Sequence record: OQ108497.1
Direction: 5' to 3' (one strand)
Origin: Escherichia phage EC_OE_11
Length of the DNA stretch: 64,000 bases
The notes beneath the pieces were generated by a model. It saw only the letters and a list, made by a program, of their open reading frames with translations, did not search any database and was not told the origin of the DNA. Below, piece after piece: positions 45,850 through 54,532 of the stretch. How positions within the stretch are numbered: the first letter of the stretch is position 1; every line of letters begins with the position of its first letter. The translations under genes and the position numbers were made by a program.

Positions 45850-45878
45850 TTGACACCGGATCACGCTTACACTATTAT
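45850..45878 (+). promoter_or_regulatory. sigma70-like promoter
   Basis: TTGACA-17nt-TATTAT. Confidence 0.55.
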
Positions 45879-45924
45879 TTATCACGTAGGGCAAATCATT
45901 TTAAACGGTAAACGAGGAATCACC

Positions 45925-46308
45925 ATGAGCAATATCATCAACCTGGCAGCGACTGTAAACGGTAAAGACTTTAACGGCGCTGTAGACCGTGATCCTATGT
46001 GGTGCTTGTCAGTGTTTAAAGGCGATCTGGTTGAAGTTAGAACAACCGAAGGTTATAGCGACGATTATAAATGCGAGATCCATTTACATAACTGGTACAC
46101 GGGGAAAACTTATGCGCTGAATCACGCGTTTATCGGGAAAATTGAATATCGCGAGATGATCGACGAAGAAACGGGGCAAGATTTTAGCGATTATGTTTAT
46201 ATCCGTTCAGAAACATTAGCCGAACGTTTGATCGAGAAAATGAAAGCAAAAAATAAAATTAATTTATCTCATTGGATTGATATAACAAACGATCCTGCTT
46301 ATCAGTAA
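45925..46308 (+). CDS. hypothetical protein (127 aa)
   Basis: Start moved to ATG 45925. Confidence 0.5.
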   Translation: MSNIINLAATVNGKDFNGAVDRDPMWCLSVFKGDLVEVRTTEGYSDDYKCEIHLHNWYTGKTYALNHAFIGKIEYREMIDEETGQDFSDYVYIRSETLAERLIEKMKAKNKINLSHWIDITNDPAYQ

Positions 46309-46332
46309 ATAACATTTCATACCAGGGCGCAC

Positions 46333-46360
46333 AAAGCGCCCTTTCTTTTTACCTAAATAA
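46333..46360 (+). terminator. intrinsic terminator
   Basis: GGGCGC-acaaa-GCGCCC + TTTCTTTT. Confidence 0.75.
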
Positions 46361-46554
46361 AGATGATAGCTTTTACCTATCAAAAACGTTCACCGAAAAA
46401 AGTGAATAGATCGCGGTATCGAGCTAATCAAGGAGCAGATGAACAACCATACCATGAAGATCATAAGGCGCTTACAACGTGTTTTAGACCGCTTATTTTT
46501 AATTTCTCAATGTAACTATCGGGCAAAAACAGCCTTTTTCTTGTCTTTCCTCTT

Positions 46555-46572
46555 AAATGATAATCATTCTTA
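46555..46572. promoter_or_regulatory. Fur-box-like motif AAATGATAATCATTCTTA
   Basis: Matches GATAATGATAATCATTATC-type consensus. Confidence 0.45.
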
Positions 46573-46610
46573 TTTATAGCTGATTATTTATGCAATAAAC
46601 TGCATAATGC

Positions 46611-46630
46611 AATAATGATAATCATTCTTA
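46611..46630. promoter_or_regulatory. Fur-box-like motif AATAATGATAATCATTCTTA
   Basis: Second copy about 55 bp downstream. Confidence 0.45.
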
Positions 46631-46924
46631 ACTTATGACCATCTAACCTATAAAATAATAAGTTATCTAACTAAATTAAAGCTAACTATTTCACCTTTAT
46701 TTATAACTTACTGTTACTATCTCATTGATAACCTTATATTAAACAACAATAACTAATATAAATCATTACTAAGCTAAATATAATCTATCTAACCTTTAAA
46801 ACTATAACTATAATCTATCGAATTGTTGCACAAAGTAACTATTAAATTGTTAGTAACATTACTAAATAATTCACATCCTATCTATTTATGATCTAATCTT
46901 TACCTTCCTATCTATTACCTAAGT

Positions 46925-46956
46925 AATCATTTCATACAGCAATCATTTCATACAAC
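46925..46956. repeat. tandem direct repeat AATCATTTCATACA(G/A)C x2
   Basis: Two adjacent 16-bp units in ORF-free AT-rich region. Confidence 0.6.
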
Positions 46957-47019
46957 AACTATAACAAGAAATATAATTAGCAAGCGTATCATTAGCAGCC
47001 TATGCCGGACACATAGGCG

Positions 47020-47165
47020 GCTAATAATAACGCAACTACACACCCCACATAATAACCATCACCGATAGTTATTATCTGTGCTTATGTAGCTTGCAACAAT
47101 TGCAAGCGCAACAATATACATGGTATATTGTATCCCTTACATTGTTGCGGTGCGTTATTATTAGC
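47020..47165. repeat. large dyad-symmetry element: 14-bp inverted repeats flanking about 120 bp with internal hairpins
   Basis: GCTAATAATAACGC at 47020-47033 vs exact reverse complement at 47152-47165; internal CGCAACAAT...ATTGTTGCG hairpin. Confidence 0.6.
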
Positions 47166-47511
47166 TAATGTTTGGAACATTGGCTATAATATAAGCTACA
47201 TATAATAAGCTATTCAATAATAAACATCGTGAATAATGACATTGAAATGAATAATGACACTGATGATCATAATGCGCCACCTTCCAGGGGGCGCTATGTG
47301 AACACAAAGAAATCTTTCTTGTCAAGAAAAATATCACCATTATTGCGCAAAATTATTTATATCTGAATAGATGATTTTTCATACTATTGCCCCTATACAC
47401 TACCTCATTTGTTGCAATGTATCCCCCTATTTGTTGAGCCTATTCTCTTAAAAGCGCAATAAATCAGAATTATCTTGATTTTTAGTGGATTTTATAGTAT
47501 AGAAAATATGC

Positions 47512-47529
47512 AAATGATAATCATTATCA
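47512..47529. promoter_or_regulatory. Fur-box-like motif AAATGATAATCATTATCA
   Basis: Near-consensus Fur-box-like palindrome. Confidence 0.45.
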
Positions 47530-47694
47530 GCTATCTTCCACGGGTGGCACTATTTCACGCCAGATCATTTCATTTGGCAAGGTGTATATAGATGTTTAGA
47601 AATGCCAAGCCATTGATTTACTTAGAATTTATCTGTTTTGTTGTGAGTAGTGCCTTTCTTGCTCAGAAAATAATCAAAAGTCTTATAAGTCATT

Positions 47695-47730
47695 GAATGA
47701 TAATGCAAATGATAATAATTCTCATTGATA
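47695..47730. promoter_or_regulatory. tandem Fur-box-like motifs
   Basis: GAATGATAATGCAAATGATAATAATTCTCATTGA. Confidence 0.45.
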
Positions 47731-47846
47731 TTTGAGGGGGACGGTCGGCAGAAATCGGGGGGCGCTGAAAATCGCGTTAAGCACCTCTCGCAAGCGAGCA
47801 GTATTTTGCGGCAAGTTATTGATATTATTGGCTTTACGCTTATGGA

Positions 47847-47954
47847 AAGGGGGTGTGTCGAAATAAATCGGGTATACCGGAAAATTTTTGTGGCATAGAT
47901 ATTTATTTGTCTATATTATGTACAAAGGGGTGTGTTAAAAATATTAGGTATATA
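47847..47954 (+). repeat. two copies of about 30-bp direct repeat (AAAGGGGTGTGT..AAATA..GGTATA), possible promoter elements
   Basis: 47847-47876 and 47924-47954, about 75 bp apart, upstream of first gene of 48-60 kb cluster. Confidence 0.5.
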
Positions 47955-48085
47955 TAGAATAATTGATAGGGAAATCCTATACTAATTCCTCTATTAATGA
48001 TGCTTCTAGGTTGCTGTTCTTGTAATAGATGAAAAGACGCTATATGATGTGTGGCATGAAACGTAAATTTATAAAGGAGTCTGAT

Positions 48086-48445
48086 ATGTGTGTTCCTCTT
48101 AGCAGTCCACTGCTGTTAGAATTTTACAAAGCATGGATGGAAGATCATTCCTCAATGCATCGTGAGAATGTTGGTTTGTGTAATTGCCTTATGGATTACC
48201 TGGCAACCACTATGTCAAAGAAAAAACCTACGGAAGAAGATATAGAATATTTCAAGATGGTTCGTAGCAAAACGCTGGAAGAGATGAAACTGCAATTCAC
48301 GTGTGCTGGGCTATGCTCCTTCCTACCCTTTAATTATGATCTTCTGTGTTATGAAGATGAAGGTAAGACACATTCTTGCCATACCAACCCAAAGAGATTG
48401 CAGTGGGTGAAAGATCGTATTGCCGATTCATGCAAGGGTGTGTAG
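48086..48445 (+). CDS. paralog family member A (conserved-Cys family)
   Basis: ATG 48086 with AAAGGAG SD; shared LLEFYKAW, GLC.CL, FTCAGL, LPFN.D, RLQWVKDRI. Confidence 0.55.
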   Translation: MCVPLSSPLLLEFYKAWMEDHSSMHRENVGLCNCLMDYLATTMSKKKPTEEDIEYFKMVRSKTLEEMKLQFTCAGLCSFLPFNYDLLCYEDEGKTHSCHTNPKRLQWVKDRIADSCKGV

Positions 48446-48446
48446 A

Positions 48447-48602
48447 ATGTTGGAATTGATTGGGATAGTTTGGTTAATGATAAAAGCAGGTTTCGTCGGT
48501 TTCGGACTTCTTATAATTTTGTGTATGTTCCTTAGTGCAATACAGGCATTCTTTTATCTGCTAGGTAGAATACTTAAGTTGGGAGGTGATAATGAAAAGT
48601 AA
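48447..48602 (+). CDS. small membrane protein (51 aa)
   Basis: ATG 48447 right after upstream stop. Confidence 0.4.
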   Translation: MLELIGIVWLMIKAGFVGFGLLIILCMFLSAIQAFFYLLGRILKLGGDNEK

Positions 48603-48960
48603 TATTCCGTTGAGTAGTGCAGCTTTAATACGATTCTATAAAGCATGGATTGCCAACCATCCTGCAATGAATCGCACAACGAGTGGCTTATGTGGTTGTC
48701 TGGTAGATTATGTAGATGATTTTGTTGGGGAGATAACTAGAGAAGAAGATAAAAGATGGCGTGATCGTTTGTTGGATAGTTTGAAATACGAAATGAGGAA
48801 ACAATTTACATGTGCAGGACTGGACTACAATCTTCCGTTCAATGCAGATTGCATGGATTACCTTTCAGAGTGTATAGACTTGGCGTGTCATACCAACACG
48901 TTACGTCTTCAATGGGTGAAAGACAGAATCGAAGATGCAAATAATGCTTGCATTGAATAG
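48592..48960 (+). CDS. paralog family member B
   Basis: ATG 48592 with GGGAGGTG SD; same motif set. Confidence 0.55.
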   Translation: MKSNIPLSSAALIRFYKAWIANHPAMNRTTSGLCGCLVDYVDDFVGEITREEDKRWRDRLLDSLKYEMRKQFTCAGLDYNLPFNADCMDYLSECIDLACHTNTLRLQWVKDRIEDANNACIE

Positions 48961-49030
48961 AAATGTCTGTACACTGTGTTCCATAAGATATACAATATCG
49001 CGCATAACAAACTACTAATGAGAGGTGTAA

Positions 49031-49489
49031 ATGAAAACTGTATCTTTGTATCTTGCTAACACGGAGCGTGTACATAATCTTGTAAAAGAATGCGGTGTGA
49101 GTGTTCAATTTAACATAGGAAAGCCTTCCGTGGTGACAGGCAGTGAGATGTGTGTTATTGATTTCCTCAATGAGTATTTTCGTGGAAAACCTATTGCTCG
49201 TCACTTCATTCAAGAAATGCGAGATGTACTACAGGCTTATGAATTCTACCCAGAAATTTGTGAACGCTATGAAACGATTCTTAGTTCTGTAGAAGATCCA
49301 GATACTAGTGAAACAGGTGCTTCCCACTTGCTGTGGATGTTGAATGAAATTCAGGATGGGTGTAATGGTATGTCTGAAACCAAACGCCATCGCTGGCTAG
49401 GCTATATTCAGGGTGTTATGGTTATGAAAAACCTTATTACAGTGAATGATGAACGTAACGCTACCCGCCCAGTCTTTAATGGAGCATAA
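49031..49489 (+). CDS. hypothetical protein
   Basis: 152 aa. Confidence 0.55.
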   Translation: MKTVSLYLANTERVHNLVKECGVSVQFNIGKPSVVTGSEMCVIDFLNEYFRGKPIARHFIQEMRDVLQAYEFYPEICERYETILSSVEDPDTSETGASHLLWMLNEIQDGCNGMSETKRHRWLGYIQGVMVMKNLITVNDERNATRPVFNGA

Positions 49490-49490
49490 C

Positions 49491-49706
49491 ATGAAAAGCA
49501 TTAGGGTGTGTATCGAAAATAATTGTGGCTATCTGGGGTTGACACACGTTGCTTTCCCTCTTATATTGGATGCCGATATAGCTTACAGTGGAGTTGCTTA
49601 TGTGTCATTCAAGACAATGAGCCAAGTACCTGGCTGGAATTGGGAAGTGGTTGATGTTGTTGAAGGAGAAGACTATGTTTTCCTTCCACACGAATATACT
49701 GTTTAA
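49491..49706 (+). CDS. hypothetical protein (71 aa)
   Basis: ATG 49491 with GGAG SD. Confidence 0.5.
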   Translation: MKSIRVCIENNCGYLGLTHVAFPLILDADIAYSGVAYVSFKTMSQVPGWNWEVVDVVEGEDYVFLPHEYTV

Positions 49707-49721
49707 AGAGAGGAAAAGAAG

Positions 49722-49904
49722 ATGGATAAACAAACTACTGTGTACTTAGTAACAAAGAATACCCTAGACTGGAACCAATGCAGCACTGTCCCTTACAAGA
49801 TCTGTGCAACATTAGAACTAGCACAACGTGCAGAAGCAGAAGTGGATGCCATGCAAATGCAACACAGCTATGGTGAAATCATTCCTTTTACTATTGAACA
49901 ATAA
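49722..49904 (+). CDS. hypothetical protein
   Basis: 60 aa. Confidence 0.5.
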   Translation: MDKQTTVYLVTKNTLDWNQCSTVPYKICATLELAQRAEAEVDAMQMQHSYGEIIPFTIEQ

Positions 49905-49915
49905 GGAGTTGTGTA

Positions 49916-50368
49916 ATGTTTGAAATTGGTAAAGTGTATCGTTTTAAGAACGAATCTTATATCCGTAAGTTTGCTAATGTGTCTGAGTGCAATAGCAGGA
50001 TTGCTTCTTTCTTAGGTGATTCCTGTTTTCGTGTATTAGATGTGGATGCCTGGTATGGTGTCACTTCTTTGCAATCCTTAGCAGGAGAGCAAGAAATTAT
50101 CACTCAAAATGAAGGAGACTTTGTTCTGTGTTACACATTGCTTGCAGAAAGTGAGTTTGAATACTTTGTAGAAGTAGTAGAGGAAACACCAAAAAGTAAA
50201 CATGAAGAGAAATACCTGCTTGTAGTGGATGGAGTTCCAATCGTGGAAACCATCTACCGTGAGGAAGTTGAAAAAGAGGCAAAACGTTACAAGCTGGATC
50301 GTACACAGAGTGTAGTTGAAGTCTATTCTCTTATTGGTGTTGCAGATGTTCATGTGAACATTGTATAA
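49916..50368 (+). CDS. hypothetical protein
   Basis: 150 aa, AAGGAG SD. Confidence 0.55.
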   Translation: MFEIGKVYRFKNESYIRKFANVSECNSRIASFLGDSCFRVLDVDAWYGVTSLQSLAGEQEIITQNEGDFVLCYTLLAESEFEYFVEVVEETPKSKHEEKYLLVVDGVPIVETIYREEVEKEAKRYKLDRTQSVVEVYSLIGVADVHVNIV

Positions 50369-50369
50369 T

Positions 50370-50582
50370 ATGTGTAATGATAGATACATTCTTCGTGTAT
50401 CTGATAAGTCTCCTATGTTTGACTGGCGGGGCTGGTGGCTACTAGCTCCGATGCTAGGTCTGACTGACGTGGAAAAGGAGGCTTATGTGTATACAAAAGA
50501 AGAGATAGAAGATAGCCTTTATTTGACAGATAACATTAAGAATGGTATCTTTGAGTGTAAATTGAAAGGAGAGGAAGAATGA
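50370..50582 (+). CDS. hypothetical protein (start uncertain)
   Basis: First ATG at 50370; weak SD. Confidence 0.35.
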   Translation: MCNDRYILRVSDKSPMFDWRGWWLLAPMLGLTDVEKEAYVYTKEEIEDSLYLTDNIKNGIFECKLKGEEE

Positions 50583-50878
50583 CTGTTACAGAAAAACTGC
50601 GTTGTATTGCAAAGCAAAGCGGGGAAGGTTTGTGGTTTCCTATTGATGAAGTTATTCAGGACTGTTATGATCAGGCTAAGACTGGTAAATACTCCAAAGC
50701 ATTTAAACCATCTGTTTTCGGTCTGGATGACTATCCGACAAATGAACAAGCAAGGAAACGCCAAGTTGATTTGATTGATCTTGCTATGGAAGCACTACGG
50801 GAGCGTGGACTTAGTAAGGTGTATGCTTTAAACACCAAAGAGGGTTTTGTAGATTCCGTGATCGTAGACTGGCATTAA
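50579..50878 (+). CDS. hypothetical protein
   Basis: 99 aa, AAAGGAGAGG SD. Confidence 0.55.
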   Translation: MTVTEKLRCIAKQSGEGLWFPIDEVIQDCYDQAKTGKYSKAFKPSVFGLDDYPTNEQARKRQVDLIDLAMEALRERGLSKVYALNTKEGFVDSVIVDWH

Positions 50879-50887
50879 GGAGAGATC

Positions 50888-51127
50888 ATGCAAGACAAGA
50901 ACCTAGCTGTAGGTGATACTGTTATTTACACACCGATGAAGCCCAATGGTTTTCCTATGCTCGGTACTGTTGTAGATATTACAGACCGTTTTGTCACCAT
51001 CTCTACAGGAGATATGCAGGTTGTACGTGATCGCAAGAATATCACTCGCTTTACGGACACTAAAACAGCATATGAGTCGAGAGATAAATTGGCTGAAGAG
51101 ATTGCCAAGTGGTATCCTGTACACTAA
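50888..51127 (+). CDS. hypothetical protein
   Basis: 79 aa, AAGGAG SD. Confidence 0.55.
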   Translation: MQDKNLAVGDTVIYTPMKPNGFPMLGTVVDITDRFVTISTGDMQVVRDRKNITRFTDTKTAYESRDKLAEEIAKWYPVH

Positions 51128-51141
51128 AAGGAGTGTGTAAC

Positions 51142-51483
51142 ATGAAAAGCAGCCCCTATTTGCTACAATTTTATGAGTGGTGGTTAGAACAAGAAGATAC
51201 AAACTTTAGCAAAAAGCACTATGGTCTTTGCACGTGTCTTGTAGACTTCTTATACAATATTGCTTGGATAAAAGATGTTGAGAATGTATCAAAACTCCAG
51301 TCCTCTGTACGAGAGGAAATGAAGGAACAGTTTAAGAAAGCGGGTTTGAACCATTTACACCCATTTAATACAGATTTCTCACATTACTTTACGGAAACAG
51401 AGTTAGGCATTGCACACCTTAACAAAAAACGTGTACAATGGGTGATTGATCGTATTCGTGATATGGAGGAATATAATGGTTAA
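51142..51483 (+). CDS. paralog family member C
   Basis: ATG 51142 with AAAGGAG SD; LLQFYEWW, GLC.CL, FKKAGL, HPFN.D, RVQWVIDRI. Confidence 0.55.
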   Translation: MKSSPYLLQFYEWWLEQEDTNFSKKHYGLCTCLVDFLYNIAWIKDVENVSKLQSSVREEMKEQFKKAGLNHLHPFNTDFSHYFTETELGIAHLNKKRVQWVIDRIRDMEEYNG

Positions 51484-51694
51484 GTTTAAAACTTTCTGTG
51501 CAATCTCTGTTTGTCTTGTTCTTGCATACGTGTTATTCTCTGGTATCATTCGTTTAGGTGATCATATGGCAAGAGAAGCTCGTGAAAGTGAAGCTAAAAA
51601 AGAACAGTGTATTGTGTTCAAGCATCAAAGAGATGCTGAAAAGTTTCTCGCACTTGATTGCAATCGTTATGTATCTTATCAAATGTATAAGTAA
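51476..51694 (+). CDS. small N-terminally membrane-anchored protein (72 aa)
   Basis: ATG 51476 with GGAGG SD; paralog of 56188..56412. Confidence 0.5.
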   Translation: MVKFKTFCAISVCLVLAYVLFSGIIRLGDHMAREARESEAKKEQCIVFKHQRDAEKFLALDCNRYVSYQMYK

Positions 51695-51703
51695 GGAGGA
51701 TTT

Positions 51704-51928
51704 ATGGTAAAACGTCTGGAATGGGATGCGTGTACTGCTCACGCTTGTCACTGCGATATTGTTGAAGATCCTAATGGGGAGATGGTGTATTACGAGGATT
51801 ACGAAGCATTGCATAATGCTGTGATCGCTTTACTGGATGATATTAGCTCACGCTATCCAGGACAACAGTTTACGTGTCCACATATTCAACTGTTAGCCAA
51901 ACTTACGGAGTATCCAAGTGTTCCATAA
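51704..51928 (+). CDS. hypothetical protein (Cys/His-rich N-terminus)
   Basis: 74 aa, AAGGAGG SD. Confidence 0.55.
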   Translation: MVKRLEWDACTAHACHCDIVEDPNGEMVYYEDYEALHNAVIALLDDISSRYPGQQFTCPHIQLLAKLTEYPSVP

Positions 51929-51929
51929 T

Positions 51930-52097
51930 ATGGGTGTCCCTGAACAACTCCTCTTTATTGTAGGACTAGTAGGCTTATTGGCGGCTGGAGCTAAAGCCGC
52001 TTCTCACACGCGTCACATAATGTTAAGATTTCTATTCCTGCTCCCTTCTATCCTCGTACTACTAGTCATACTGATCGATAACATTTTGCACAACTAA
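51930..52097 (+). CDS. small membrane protein (55 aa), speculative
   Basis: ATG 51930; hydrophobic; no clear SD. Confidence 0.25.
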   Translation: MGVPEQLLFIVGLVGLLAAGAKAASHTRHIMLRFLFLLPSILVLLVILIDNILHN

Positions 52098-52106
52098 GGA
52101 GAAGTC

Positions 52107-52691
52107 ATGAGTAAAATTATACCAAGCAGTTATGAATTATTGCAGTTTTATGTCTATTATATAGACTGGGTTACTAGATCGAATGTTAAAGACAATGCGA
52201 TGTTTAGTAAAAACATCTGTTTAACAGAAAGTATCTTCCGTTACTGGCACACAGGCAGAAAGTGTACACACAGTGAAGCTATGCGCATTGTAGGTGAATA
52301 CCTGGAGCAATTGCAAAAAGCAGAACTTCCTGTCCTTCACCCATTCAATGAATCTAAAGAAGAATTAGAACAAGAGTGTAGGGAAGGTAAGTGTCATTTG
52401 AATGAAAAACGTATTGAATGGGTAAGGCAACGTTTAGCCGATGCAGGAAAGCCTCCTAGTGACTCTGACTATACGTGGTACGATGTAGAGGGTTTAGTTC
52501 AAGGTTTTGAGGCTTGTGCTATAAATAATACCAACTTTGCTAAAGTTTTATGCGAGGTTTATGATTTGGCAGATAAAATCCGAAATCAAGGATGGAAACA
52601 AGAGCATAAAGAATCATATGAACGCCTTGACAAGATTTTCAAACAGATCTATTCTAACCACAAAGAGATGTTCCAAATGGAGGATGTGTAA
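52107..52691 (+). CDS. paralog family member D (longer C-terminal extension)
   Basis: LLQFYVYY, FSKNICL, QKAELPVLHPFN, RIEWVRQRL; 194 aa. Confidence 0.5.
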   Translation: MSKIIPSSYELLQFYVYYIDWVTRSNVKDNAMFSKNICLTESIFRYWHTGRKCTHSEAMRIVGEYLEQLQKAELPVLHPFNESKEELEQECREGKCHLNEKRIEWVRQRLADAGKPPSDSDYTWYDVEGLVQGFEACAINNTNFAKVLCEVYDLADKIRNQGWKQEHKESYERLDKIFKQIYSNHKEMFQMEDV

Positions 52692-53377
52692 TGAAAGAGA
52701 TTATGTTTGAAGGGCATCGTTACGAAGTTCCAGATAATGCAAATTTCATGGCTCGTGATATCACTGGAGATGTGTTCTGGTTTGAAGATGAACCTGTGTT
52801 TTCTTCGAACAAACACTGGTTTTCACAACAATCTTCTTCGGAAAATATGACTTTTGGCTACGTAGAGCCTAAAGTGCGCTGCAAAGCAGCTTCTTCTTTG
52901 GTAAAAATTTCCCAAGATGATCAAGAAAATACTCAAGATGTTGTTAGTGCACTACTGAAGTACATTGCCGAACTTGAGAATAAAATTAAAGAAGCAGAAA
53001 CTAAAGTGAAAGCACGATCAGCAATCATTGAAGCTATGTCTGAACGTATTTTAGAACTAGAAGATTTGTGTGGAGAGGCTTATCAAGTGGTTGGTGCACT
53101 GGCTTGTGAAGCAGAAATGTTTGAAACTTCAGAACAAGTTTCACATATGTTAGATAATTTGAGTGAATGTAAAATGATTCATGATGATGTATTGCCATTT
53201 TGTTGCAATGTTAACAAAACAGAGCAAACAGAAGATTCAGAAACAGTTTATGTTCCGCTGATGTGTATTCCAGATCATCTAAAAGGTGTATTCTCTTGTA
53301 AATGGTCATTGTTGAGCGTTACTAATTGTGGTGAAAATTATTCTGCTAACATTGAATTGCTAAAACACGTTAAATAA
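52691..53377 (+). CDS. hypothetical protein (central coiled coil, Cys-rich C-terminus)
   Basis: 228 aa, GGAGG SD. Confidence 0.55.
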   Translation: MKEIMFEGHRYEVPDNANFMARDITGDVFWFEDEPVFSSNKHWFSQQSSSENMTFGYVEPKVRCKAASSLVKISQDDQENTQDVVSALLKYIAELENKIKEAETKVKARSAIIEAMSERILELEDLCGEAYQVVGALACEAEMFETSEQVSHMLDNLSECKMIHDDVLPFCCNVNKTEQTEDSETVYVPLMCIPDHLKGVFSCKWSLLSVTNCGENYSANIELLKHVK

Positions 53378-53387
53378 GGAGAGTAAT

Positions 53388-53792
53388 ATGTGGTCTGTTA
53401 AAATCAAATATAATGCGCAGTATTATGGTGGGAAGCCTTACGAAGTTGTTATTTGTGACTGTATCTCTAAAGAAGTTGCACAGCTTTGTGGCGCTGGTGT
53501 TAGTGAAGCTATGAACAAAATGCATAACTCCACTGTACGTTACCTGGATCGGGATATTTCAGAAGATGTAAATGACTATGATTACGAGGTTATTTACAGT
53601 GAAGGTAAGAAACTCTCTATTGAAGATGCACTTAAAGCACTACCTGCTCTCTGCAATCCGACACCAGAAGCAGTTAAAGAGATTTTACCAGAATCCAACC
53701 CCGATGAATATGCCTCTATGGTTGCTTCAGATATGTGGAATCTCTGTCGAGAAACTATGATTAAAAATCTTGTGGAAATGGCACATGAGTAA
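53388..53792 (+). CDS. hypothetical protein
   Basis: 134 aa, AAGGAG SD. Confidence 0.55.
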   Translation: MWSVKIKYNAQYYGGKPYEVVICDCISKEVAQLCGAGVSEAMNKMHNSTVRYLDRDISEDVNDYDYEVIYSEGKKLSIEDALKALPALCNPTPEAVKEILPESNPDEYASMVASDMWNLCRETMIKNLVEMAHE

Positions 53793-54003
53793 AACGCACT
53801 TTATACATCCGTTTGATCCAAAGAACAAGGCGGTTATACACCGCCGTTGGACTGAAACGCGCATTACAAAATGTCCTGTGCCAGCAGCAGAGGAATATAA
53901 CAAAACATATAAAGCAGAATTCGTGGAGTACACCTTTGTGAATAACAAAGGGAAAGAGGTTTATGTTCCAGAATACTGTCTTTGGATAAAATGGGAGGAA
54001 TAA
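53785..54003 (+). CDS. hypothetical protein (72 aa)
   Basis: ATG 53785. Confidence 0.45.
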   Translation: MSKTHFIHPFDPKNKAVIHRRWTETRITKCPVPAAEEYNKTYKAEFVEYTFVNNKGKEVYVPEYCLWIKWEE

Positions 54004-54170
54004 TGCAAACATTTTTTATCGACAAGTTCAATAAAAATATGAACACGTGGATGGCAACATTCACTATGCAATTTGCGTCGTTTAAAGAAGCTCAAGAATG
54101 GTGCGATCAGCACAAGGATTTTGATTTTTACTATCAAATTAATACAAATCTCTCTCCAGAGGAGAAATAA
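54003..54170 (+). CDS. hypothetical protein (55 aa)
   Basis: ATG 54003 with GGGAGG SD, TAATG overlap. Confidence 0.45.
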   Translation: MQTFFIDKFNKNMNTWMATFTMQFASFKEAQEWCDQHKDFDFYYQINTNLSPEEK

Positions 54171-54171
54171 T

Positions 54172-54516
54172 ATGTTGGCTGATATTGAAATCCTTATGTA
54201 CCGACAAGGTATGATCAAAATGTGGCTGGACTCTTTTAGCAACATATACAGCACAGTGCGATCAGCAGAGGAGCGTAAAACGCTTATTTTATCTGCTATT
54301 GTTGATAAACAACGTTTCTTCAAAGAAGTTTTGCAAACAGGCTTCTCTGATGCAGGAGTAGAAATTGCAACTCTAAGTCTTGGGGTGCTGTCTTACTTGG
54401 AGTCCGTTGTTTTATATGTCTTCTCTTTAGAAGAAGACTTGCAATTTGAAGCATTAAAACTTATCTTAGATGCTGCAATTGACATAGAACAAAATCGAAT
54501 TGATTCTTTTGAATAA
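54172..54516 (+). CDS. hypothetical protein (114 aa)
   Basis: ATG 54172 with GAGGAG SD. Confidence 0.5.
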   Translation: MLADIEILMYRQGMIKMWLDSFSNIYSTVRSAEERKTLILSAIVDKQRFFKEVLQTGFSDAGVEIATLSLGVLSYLESVVLYVFSLEEDLQFEALKLILDAAIDIEQNRIDSFE

Positions 54517-54532
54517 AAATAAGGAGAAAACT

